A DNA stretch of 64,000 bases, taken from contig CAYLTD010000019.1 of the NCBI GenBank assembly GCA_964386715.1, forward strand, positions 7,075 to 71,074, written 5' to 3'. Source of the stretch: an uncultured Bifidobacterium sp. GTDB taxonomy: Bacteria > Acidobacteriota > Vicinamibacteria > Vicinamibacterales > CAVVIG01. This document shows, in pieces, positions 29,605 through 36,843 of the stretch (within the stretch, counting starts at the first letter, position 1; the number at the start of each line of letters is the position of its first letter). The position numbers were made by a program, and so were the translations under genes. Under the pieces are notes generated by a model that was not told where the DNA came from, ran no database searches, and saw nothing but the letters and a program-made list of their open reading frames with translations.

Positions 29605-31607
29605 TCCAGCTCTCGGACCTCACCAAGACCTTCGGCGACCGGGTCCTCCTCGACCACGTCACCTGGCAGATCACCGCCCGCGAACGGGTGGGTCTGTGCG
29701 GCCCCAATGGCGCCGGCAAGACCACCCTCCTCAAGATCATGGCGGGCCTGGAGGAGCCCGACTCCGGCGCCGTGCTGAAACCCTCCGCCCTCACCGTTGG
29801 TTACCTGCCGCAGGACGGACTCTCGCACGCGGGCAGAACGGTCTTCGAGGAAGCCAGCAGTGCCTTCGACGACCTGCTCCGGATGAAGGCGGAGATGCAC
29901 ACGCTGGAGGACCGGCTGGGCGACGCGTCGGTCCCGGCGGGCGAACACGACGCGATGCTCGCCCGCTACAGCGACCTCCAGGACGCGTTCCGGCTCGGCG
30001 ACGGCTACACCATCGAGTTGAAGACCGCGACGGTGCTCCAGGGTCTCGGCTTCCGCAGCGCGGACTTCACGCGGCCGACCGAGACGTTCTCGGGCGGCTG
30101 GCAGATGCGGCTGGCGCTGGCCAAACTGCTGCTTCGCCAGCCCAACCTGCTGCTCCTCGACGAGCCCACCAATCACCTCGATCTCGAGGCCCGCAACTGG
30201 CTCGAGGAGTACCTGAACGCCTATCCGCACGCCGTCATCCTCGTGTCGCACGACCGCTTCTTCCTCGACGCCGTCGTCACGCGGATCGCCGACCTGACCC
30301 TGCGCACGCTGACCGATTACGTCGGTAACTACAGCGCCTACCTCGCGGCGCACGAGGCGCGCATCGAACAGCTGCGCAAGGCCAAGCGGGAGCAGGACGA
30401 GGAAGTCGCGCGCGTGAAGATGTTCATCGACCGGTTTCGCTACCAGGCCACGAAGGCGTCTCAGGTGCAGAGCCGGATCAAGATGCTCGAGAAGGTGGTG
30501 CCGATCGAGGTGCCGCCAGAGCGGAAGAAGATCCGCTTCGACTTCCCGGTCTGCGGGAAGAGCGGCCGGACGGTGCTGGAACTGAAACACGTCCGGAAGG
30601 CCTACGCCGACCTGGTGGTGTTTGACGACCTGAACCTGCACATCGAGCGGGGCGACCGGATCGCCCTGGTGGGCCCCAACGGCGCAGGCAAGTCCACGCT
30701 CATGCGCATGCTCTCGGGCGAGGAGGCACCCGACAGCGGCGAGCGGATCGAAGGGCACCACCTCGTCATGCAGTACTTCGCGCAGGACGAGGCGACGCGC
30801 ATCAACCCGGTGCCGACCGTCTACGAGACCCTGGCCGACGGATCGCCGCTGCACATGGTCCCGATGATCCGGAACATCCTCGGCGGCTTCCTCTTCAGCG
30901 GCGACGACATCTACAAGAAGGTCCGCGTGCTCTCGGGCGGCGAGCGCACCCGCCTCGCCGTGGCGCGGATGCTGCTGCGTCCCTCGAACACGCTGCTGCT
31001 CGACGAGCCGACCAACCACCTGGACCTCGACTCCAAGGAAGTGCTTCTGGACGCCCTGGTGGACTACGGGGGCACCCTCATCTTCGTGTCGCACGATCGC
31101 TACTTCGTCGAGCGGCTGGCGACCAAGATCATCGAGGTCGGCAACGGAACCGCGATGCTCTACCCCGGCACCTACAAGGAGTTCCTGTGGCACAGGGACC
31201 ATCCGGCCGATACGGAGATCACGACGTTGTCGGCCGCCAGGCGGGAACCGTTCCCGTCGGCCCGGGTCTCGCCCGAGAAGGCACCGGCGTCGAGGCCGGC
31301 GCAGGCAGCGGCTGCGCCACCGAGCCGTGAGGAGCGCAAGCGGCAGGACGCGGAGGCGAGGAAAAAGGCCCGCGCCGACCGGGAGCGGAAGGCCCAGGTC
31401 GACGCACTCGAAGCGGAGATTGCGACCACCGAGGCGGCGATCAGGGCTATCGAGACCCGGATGGCGGCACCGGGCTTCTATGACGATCGCGACGCGGCGC
31501 AGCAGGCGATCGACGAACACCAGTCGCTGATGTGGAAGGTGGGCGAACTGATGCAGCGCTGGGAAGATCTGCAGTCCGCCTCCGACATGGCCGCGGCGAC
31601 CGACTGA
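29601..31607 (+). CDS. ABC-F family ATPase (two ABC domains, no TM domain; C-terminal coiled-coil, Uup-like)
   Basis: The GTG at 29601 overlaps the upstream TGA (GTGA). The product reads VIQLSDLTKTFGDRVLL...GPNGAGKTTLL, LSGGWQMRLALA, LLLLDEPTNHLD, then a second set GPNGAGKSTLM, LSGGERTRLAVA, LLLDEPTNHLD. The tail is Lys/Arg/Glu-rich and helical. The longer ORF in the track (from 29118) is an off-frame overlap of the REC gene. Confidence 0.93.
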   Translation: MIQLSDLTKTFGDRVLLDHVTWQITARERVGLCGPNGAGKTTLLKIMAGLEEPDSGAVLKPSALTVGYLPQDGLSHAGRTVFEEASSAFDDLLRMKAEMHTLEDRLGDASVPAGEHDAMLARYSDLQDAFRLGDGYTIELKTATVLQGLGFRSADFTRPTETFSGGWQMRLALAKLLLRQPNLLLLDEPTNHLDLEARNWLEEYLNAYPHAVILVSHDRFFLDAVVTRIADLTLRTLTDYVGNYSAYLAAHEARIEQLRKAKREQDEEVARVKMFIDRFRYQATKASQVQSRIKMLEKVVPIEVPPERKKIRFDFPVCGKSGRTVLELKHVRKAYADLVVFDDLNLHIERGDRIALVGPNGAGKSTLMRMLSGEEAPDSGERIEGHHLVMQYFAQDEATRINPVPTVYETLADGSPLHMVPMIRNILGGFLFSGDDIYKKVRVLSGGERTRLAVARMLLRPSNTLLLDEPTNHLDLDSKEVLLDALVDYGGTLIFVSHDRYFVERLATKIIEVGNGTAMLYPGTYKEFLWHRDHPADTEITTLSAARREPFPSARVSPEKAPASRPAQAAAAPPSREERKRQDAEARKKARADRERKAQVDALEAEIATTEAAIRAIETRMAAPGFYDDRDAAQQAIDEHQSLMWKVGELMQRWEDLQSASDMAAATD

Positions 31608-31714
31608 TTACGTTTTCGTCAGTCGATTACGTATCCGTGATATTCGAGCGAGGGCCGGCCCGGTTACACGTGCCGTTTGCGCAATCTTTTCCGCAAATCT
31701 GACGGGAACAGCCC

Positions 31715-31730
31715 GGGCATGCCGCTTGCC
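31715..31730 (+). promoter_or_regulatory. -24/-12 (sigma-54-type) promoter candidate
   Basis: GGGCAT-GCCGC-TTGCC versus TGGCAC-N5-TTGCW, with the GG and GC dinucleotides at the right spacing. It ends 24 nt before the kinase ATG at 31754. Confidence 0.45.
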
Positions 31731-31753
31731 CCCACGTTGTCGAGCTGAAGGGT

Positions 31754-32923
31754 ATGCCCGCACTGCGTCCACCAACCGAAATCGCGTCGAAGAGGCGTCG
31801 TGCCGCCACACCTGCTCCCGGCGCGGGGCCCGACGACCGGTTCTTCCGGCACCTCGTCAACAGCATGCGGAACGGCGTCATTGCCATCCACCGCAACGGC
31901 ACGCTGGCGCTCGTCAACGACGATGCGTATCGGGTGTTTGCGCTGACGCGAGGCGCCGAGGACATCGGGCAACCCTTCGGCACCATCTTCCGCAGCCGCC
32001 CGGAACTGGTGCGGGTGCTGGCCGCGGCCTTCGAGATGTCGACGCTGCCGAACCGCGCAGAACTGCGCCTGAAGGACCTCGACCGCGTGGTCGGCTACAC
32101 GCTCTCCCGGGTGAGGGACGACGCCGGCCAGGCGATCGGCGCGGTGATGTTCCTGAAGGACCTCACCCAGGTGGAGCAGCTCGAGGAGCGCGAGCGCCTG
32201 CGCGATCGGCTGGCGTCGCTCGGCGAGATGGCGGCCGGCATCGCGCACGAGTTGAAGAATCCGCTCGCGGGCATCGAGGTCATGGCTGGCCTGCTGCGGC
32301 GGCAGGTCCCCGATTCGCCGGACGCGCAGTCGCTGCTCGCCGACATCCTCAGCGAAGCCAAGCTCGCGAACGCGATCGTGGTGGAGATGCTGGAGTTCGT
32401 GCGCCCAATCCGGCTGCAGATGGAACAGACCGACATCGCCGGCGTGCTGCAGCAGTCGCTGATGAACGCGGACAGCAAGGTGCCGCGCCACCGGATCGAG
32501 GTGCACATGGACATCGCACCGGGCGTTCCGCTGATCGATGGCGACGCCGTCCAGTTGTGCCAGGTGTTCACGAATTTGCTGACCAATGCGTTCGAAGCCG
32601 TCGGCGGGGCCGGCCGAATCGAGGTGAAGGCGGTACTCGAAGCGGTCGAGCACGACCCGGAGTTCCTCGACGTGCAGCAGCCGACCCAGGCGGTGGTGAT
32701 CGAGGTCGCCGATGACGGGCCCGGCATCCCCGCGGACCTGAGCGACCGGATCTTCAATCCCTTCTTCACGACCAAGACGACCGGCTCGGGGCTCGGGCTG
32801 CCGATCGTCCGCAAGATCGTGGACGCCCACGATGGGCGGATCGACCTGAGCAGCGAGCCGGGCCGGGGCACGCGGTTCCGCGTGACGCTGCCCGTCTCGT
32901 CGAATGCGAGCTGGTTCAAGTAG
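31754..32923 (+). CDS. Cytoplasmic PAS-domain sensor histidine kinase
   Basis: There is no TM segment. The PAS-like region reads FRHLVNSMRNGVIAIHRNGTLALVNDDAYRVF. The H-box is AAGIAHELKNPLAGI, the N-box is FTNLLTNAFEA, and the G-boxes are DDGPGI and GSGLGLPIV. Confidence 0.9.
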   Translation: MPALRPPTEIASKRRRAATPAPGAGPDDRFFRHLVNSMRNGVIAIHRNGTLALVNDDAYRVFALTRGAEDIGQPFGTIFRSRPELVRVLAAAFEMSTLPNRAELRLKDLDRVVGYTLSRVRDDAGQAIGAVMFLKDLTQVEQLEERERLRDRLASLGEMAAGIAHELKNPLAGIEVMAGLLRRQVPDSPDAQSLLADILSEAKLANAIVVEMLEFVRPIRLQMEQTDIAGVLQQSLMNADSKVPRHRIEVHMDIAPGVPLIDGDAVQLCQVFTNLLTNAFEAVGGAGRIEVKAVLEAVEHDPEFLDVQQPTQAVVIEVADDGPGIPADLSDRIFNPFFTTKTTGSGLGLPIVRKIVDAHDGRIDLSSEPGRGTRFRVTLPVSSNASWFK

Positions 32924-32936
32924 AGAGGCATCGAAC

Positions 32937-34358
32937 ATGGGCCGAATCCTGGTTGCGGACGATCACGATGCGCTGCGGCGCGGGCTTGCCCGCGGCCTGG
33001 CGGAAGCCGGCCACGAGGTGGAGGAAGCGTCGAACGGCAACGCCGCCATCGAGCGCCTGCACGACAGCCACTTCGACGTCGTGCTGAGCGACCTCAAGAT
33101 GGGCGGCAGCGACGGCATGGACGTCCTCCGCACGTGCCGCGCGCTGCATCCCACGACGGCCGTGATCCTCATGACCGCGTTCGGCACCGTCAACACGGCG
33201 GTCGAAGCCATGAAGATCGGCGCGTTCGACTACGTCCAGAAGCCCTTCGAGATCGAGGAGATGGAGGTCAAGATCGAGAAGGCGCTCGAGATGAAGCGCC
33301 TGAAGCACGAGCTCGAGTACCTCCGCGGCACCCAGCAGGACATCTACGACTTCGACCGCATCGTGGGATCGAGCCCCGCCCTCGGGAGCGTCCTCGACAT
33401 CGTCAAGAAGGTGGCGAAGAGCAACACAACGGTGTTGATCCGCGGGGAAACCGGCACCGGCAAGGAACTGATCGCCGGCGCCACGCACCACAACTCGCTG
33501 CGCAATGCCCGCAACTTCGTGAAGGTGAACTGCGCGGCCCTGCAGGAGAACCTGCTCGAGTCCGAGCTGTTCGGGCACGAGAAGGGCGCGTTCACCGGTG
33601 CGGACAAGCAGCGCATCGGCCGATTCGAGCAGGCCGACGGGGGCACGCTGTTCCTCGACGAGATCGGCGACATGAGCCCGAGCACGCAGGCCAAGATCCT
33701 GCGCGTGCTCCAGGAGCACGAGTTCGAGCGACTCGGGGGGACGCGGACGCTGCGCGTGGACGTGCGCCTGATCGCCGCGACGAACCGCGACCTGCCGGCG
33801 ATGGTGCAGGCCGGGCAGTTCCGCGAGGACCTGTATTACCGGCTGAACGTCGTGTCGATCGAGATGCCGCCCCTGCGAGAGCGCAAGGAAGACATCGTGC
33901 CGCTCGCCAACTCGTTCATCCGCCGCTTCTCGGGCGAGCTGAAGAAGCGGATCGACGGGCTGGAGCCCGACGCGCAGAAGCTGCTGATGCGCTACAACTG
34001 GCCCGGCAACATCCGCGAGCTCGAGAACACGATTGAGCGCGCGATGCTGCTGGCCGAGGGCCGCGCCATCGCCGCCGACGATCTCCGCCTCGGCGAGACG
34101 CCGACGCCGGGTGGGCGCGAGCAGGCGCCGGTCGTGCGCATCCCCCCCACGGGCATCCCGCTCGACAGCGTGGAGCGCATCGCGCTCATCGAGGCGCTCA
34201 AGATGTCCAACTGGGTGCAGAAGGACGCAGCCGAACTGCTCTCGATCAGCCCGCGGGTCATGAACTACAAGATCAAGACGCTCGGCATCGAGTTCCCGCG
34301 CGGCCGCCGTGCGGCGCCGCTCCACCAGGCCGAGGGACCGATCGCCGCTGCGTCCTGA
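32937..34358 (+). CDS. Sigma-54-dependent response regulator (NtrC family)
   Basis: ATG 32937 has AGAGAGG upstream and gives MGRILVADDHDALR...DVVLSDLKMGGSDG. GETGTGKE, GAFTGA, RLIAATNRDL and WPGNIRELEN follow. The C-terminal HTH reads VQKDAAELLSISPRVMNYKIK. Confidence 0.93.
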   Translation: MGRILVADDHDALRRGLARGLAEAGHEVEEASNGNAAIERLHDSHFDVVLSDLKMGGSDGMDVLRTCRALHPTTAVILMTAFGTVNTAVEAMKIGAFDYVQKPFEIEEMEVKIEKALEMKRLKHELEYLRGTQQDIYDFDRIVGSSPALGSVLDIVKKVAKSNTTVLIRGETGTGKELIAGATHHNSLRNARNFVKVNCAALQENLLESELFGHEKGAFTGADKQRIGRFEQADGGTLFLDEIGDMSPSTQAKILRVLQEHEFERLGGTRTLRVDVRLIAATNRDLPAMVQAGQFREDLYYRLNVVSIEMPPLRERKEDIVPLANSFIRRFSGELKKRIDGLEPDAQKLLMRYNWPGNIRELENTIERAMLLAEGRAIAADDLRLGETPTPGGREQAPVVRIPPTGIPLDSVERIALIEALKMSNWVQKDAAELLSISPRVMNYKIKTLGIEFPRGRRAAPLHQAEGPIAAAS

Positions 34359-34418
34359 AGGTGTGGCGGTCCGGCATCGCGAAACGCGCGAACCTCGCGC
34401 GGCGTTCGGCCGGCCGAT

Positions 34419-34444
34419 GGGCACCAGCCACATCACTGGTGCCC
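34419..34444. terminator. Perfect 9-bp stem hairpin between convergent genes (possible bidirectional terminator)
   Basis: GGGCACCAG-ccacatca-CTGGTGCCC. A second 7-bp stem (CGCGCGA-acc-TCGCGCG) lies at 34385-34401. Neither has a U-tract, so terminator function is uncertain. Confidence 0.35.
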
Positions 34445-34459
34445 GGCGCGCGTACGGGG

Positions 34460-35464
34460 CTATGTGCGCTCGTCGGTCTTCGGGGGCGGCTGGTGGGTGG
34501 CCGCCTGCCGTCGCGCCCGCGGGTGAGCCTTCCGGTAGACGTCGAGCAACTGCGCCGCGTTGACGTGCGTATAGCGCTGCGTCGTGCTGAGGCGCGCGTG
34601 TCCCAGCAGCTCCTGGATGGCCCGCAGGTCGGCGCCGCGCTGCAGCAGGTGCGTCGCGAACGAATGACGCAGGGCATGCGGGCTGATCTCGCGGCTCGCG
34701 GTGGCCGAGTACTTCCGCACGATCCGGTCGATGCTGCGGACGGTGAGGCGACCGCCCCGGTAGTTGACGAACAGCGGCTCGCGCCTGGCGCGCCCGGAGG
34801 CGCGCTGATCCCGTCCCCGCGAGCCGGGCACGCGCGGGTCGGCGATCCCGTGGCGCACGTATCGCTCCCGATCCTGCAGCCATGCCCGGATCGCCTTTGC
34901 CGCGGCGGTGTTGAACGGTACCAGCCGCTCCCGCCCTCCCTTGCCCAGCACCCGCACCATCCTTCCGGACAGGTTGACGTCCGCGAGGTCGAGGCCGGCC
35001 AGTTCCGCACGGCGCAGCCCGGATGCATAGAACAGCTCGAGGATGGCCTGGTCGCGGCGGCCGAGCGGCTCCTCGGCGTCCGGCGCCTCGAGCGTGCGCG
35101 CCACCTCCTGCTCCGAGAGGTAGGTCGGCATCCGTACGTCCCGTTTCGGGGTGGACACGAGGCTGCCCGGATCGTGATCGATCACACCTTCACGGCGGAG
35201 ATAGCGCAGGAAGGTGCGGATGGCGGCGAGCTTGCGCGCGGCGGTCGCGCGCGACTGCCCCTCGGCGTACAGGTGGGCGAGGAACGCCCGGATCGCGTCG
35301 CGGTCGAGCGCCTCGGCGCCGAGGTCCCGCCGCTTGACGTCTGCGGCGGCGGCCACGTGGCCGATGAACTGGGAAAGGTCGGTGTCGTAGGCCTGCACCG
35401 TGTGCGGGGACACGTTGCGGTTCAGCGCGAGGAACTTCAGGAAAACCTTCAGGTGCTCGATCAT
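34460..35464 (-). CDS. xerC: Tyrosine recombinase XerC/XerD family
   Basis: ATG 35464 overlaps the trmFO stop (ATGA). The product reads MIEHLKVFLKFLALNRNVSPHTVQAYDTDL...ELFYASGLRRAEL..L...D........GKGGRER.VP...HALRHSFATHLL..GADLR.IQELLGH..LSTTQRYTHV. The R-H-R-Y catalytic context is present. Confidence 0.9.
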   Translation of the reverse strand: MIEHLKVFLKFLALNRNVSPHTVQAYDTDLSQFIGHVAAAADVKRRDLGAEALDRDAIRAFLAHLYAEGQSRATAARKLAAIRTFLRYLRREGVIDHDPGSLVSTPKRDVRMPTYLSEQEVARTLEAPDAEEPLGRRDQAILELFYASGLRRAELAGLDLADVNLSGRMVRVLGKGGRERLVPFNTAAAKAIRAWLQDRERYVRHGIADPRVPGSRGRDQRASGRARREPLFVNYRGGRLTVRSIDRIVRKYSATASREISPHALRHSFATHLLQRGADLRAIQELLGHARLSTTQRYTHVNAAQLLDVYRKAHPRARRQAATHQPPPKTDERT

Positions 35465-36843
35465 GCGGCGCGGTGGCGCGTCCAGGTCTCGAGTGCGGCG
35501 AGGGCGCGCGTCGCCATCGCCAGCTTCCGTTCCATCTTGCCGCGCGGCGGCGTCATGAGCGGCTCCATGATGCCGAAGGTGATGTTCGAGGGCACATAAT
35601 GCGCCGGGTCGGCATGCGAGGCGTAGTAGGCCAGAGCGCCGATGGCGGTGCTCCGAGGCGGCGCGGAGGTGGGCCGCCCCGCGGCCAGCGCGGCGGCGTT
35701 CAGGCCGGCGAGCAACCCGGACGCCGCGGACTCCACGTAGCCCTCGACGCCGGACATCTGGCCGGCGAAAAACAACGTCGGGTGCCTCCGCAGCTGCCAC
35801 GTCTCGGTCAGCACCGTCGGACCGTTCACGTACGTGTTGCGGTGCACCATGCCGTAGCGGACGAACTCCGCCTGAGCGAGCCCTGGAATCAGGCGGAGGA
35901 CGCGCGCCTGCTCGCCCCACTTCAGCTGTGTCTGGAACCCGACCAGGCTGTAGTGGTCCGCGGCCAGATTGTCCTGGCGCAATTGCACGGCGGCGTACGG
36001 CGTCCGACCCGTCGCCGGGTCGGTCAGGCCGACCGGCTTCATCGGCCCGAACCGCAGCGTATCAGGCCCCCTGTGCGCCATCACCTCGATCGGCAGGCAT
36101 CCCTCGAAGAAGTGCGCCGTGTCGAAGTCGTGCACGGTCGCCGACTCGGCGTGGACCACGGCGTCGTAGAAGCGCTCGTACTCGTCCTTCGTGAACGGGC
36201 AGTTGAGGTAGTCGCCCTGTCCATCATCCACGCCGCAGGCCACGTCGGCGCTCACGGGCTTTCCAGCGCCGGTTGACGCGCCCCGGATGCTGCGGTCCCA
36301 TCGCGACTGCCGGAAAACCTTCCTCCGGTCGATCGACTCCGCCAGGACGATCGGGCTGATGGCGTCGTAGAAGTACAGGTGGTCGGCGCCGACCAGGCGG
36401 GCAATCTCGTCGGACAGGGCGTCGGACGTCAGCGGGCCGGTGGCCACGATCACCGGGTGTTCGGTCGAGGAAGGAGGGATCATCCGCACCTCCTCGCGAA
36501 CGATGGTGATGAGGGGATGCGCCGCGACGGCGGCGGTCATCGATTCGGCAAACCGCTCGCGATCGACCGCGAGAGCCGCACCGGCAGGCACTCGACTGTC
36601 TTCTGCCACGCGCAGCACCAGCGACCCGAGCCGTCGCATCTCCTCCTTCAGGAGGCCGACGGCGTTATCCAGCTTGTCGCCACGGAACGAATTGCTGCAC
36701 ACCAGTTCGGCAAGCCGGTCCGTCTTGTGGACGGCGGTCGGCCGGACGGGGCGCATCTCATGGAGCGTCACCGGCACGCCGGCGTTTGCCGCCTGCCAGG
36801 CGGCCTCGCATCCGGCGAGACCTCCCCCGATGACGCGGATCAT
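35461..36843 (-). CDS. trmFO: Methylenetetrahydrofolate--tRNA-(uracil54-C5)-methyltransferase TrmFO
   Basis: MIRVIGGGLAGCEAAWQAANAGV.V.L.EMRP...T.AH.T...AELVCSNS.R...NAVGLLKEEMR...FFAGQ..GVEGYVES. Confidence 0.93.
   Translation of the reverse strand: MIRVIGGGLAGCEAAWQAANAGVPVTLHEMRPVRPTAVHKTDRLAELVCSNSFRGDKLDNAVGLLKEEMRRLGSLVLRVAEDSRVPAGAALAVDRERFAESMTAAVAAHPLITIVREEVRMIPPSSTEHPVIVATGPLTSDALSDEIARLVGADHLYFYDAISPIVLAESIDRRKVFRQSRWDRSIRGASTGAGKPVSADVACGVDDGQGDYLNCPFTKDEYERFYDAVVHAESATVHDFDTAHFFEGCLPIEVMAHRGPDTLRFGPMKPVGLTDPATGRTPYAAVQLRQDNLAADHYSLVGFQTQLKWGEQARVLRLIPGLAQAEFVRYGMVHRNTYVNGPTVLTETWQLRRHPTLFFAGQMSGVEGYVESAASGLLAGLNAAALAAGRPTSAPPRSTAIGALAYYASHADPAHYVPSNITFGIMEPLMTPPRGKMERKLAMATRALAALETWTRHRAA

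Noticed and set aside
29118-34883. Several long ORFs in this stretch. The 829-aa version of the ABC-F ORF starts at 29118. ORF 29538-31520 is antisense. ORF 32916-34883 is antisense, 655 aa. ORF 31664-32938 is antisense.
   Set aside because: The first is an upstream in-frame extension that overlaps the REC gene in another frame; its N-terminal 160 aa are an Arg/Pro-rich shadow. The others are antisense shadows of the ABC-F, kinase and activator genes.
34460-35464. Tyrosine recombinase as the integrase of a mobile element, and HNH endonuclease (57573-58106) as part of a mobile or defence element.
   Set aside because: The recombinase sits in the conserved topA-trmFO-xerC context. No flanking tRNA, direct repeats, phage or transposon genes occur near either gene.
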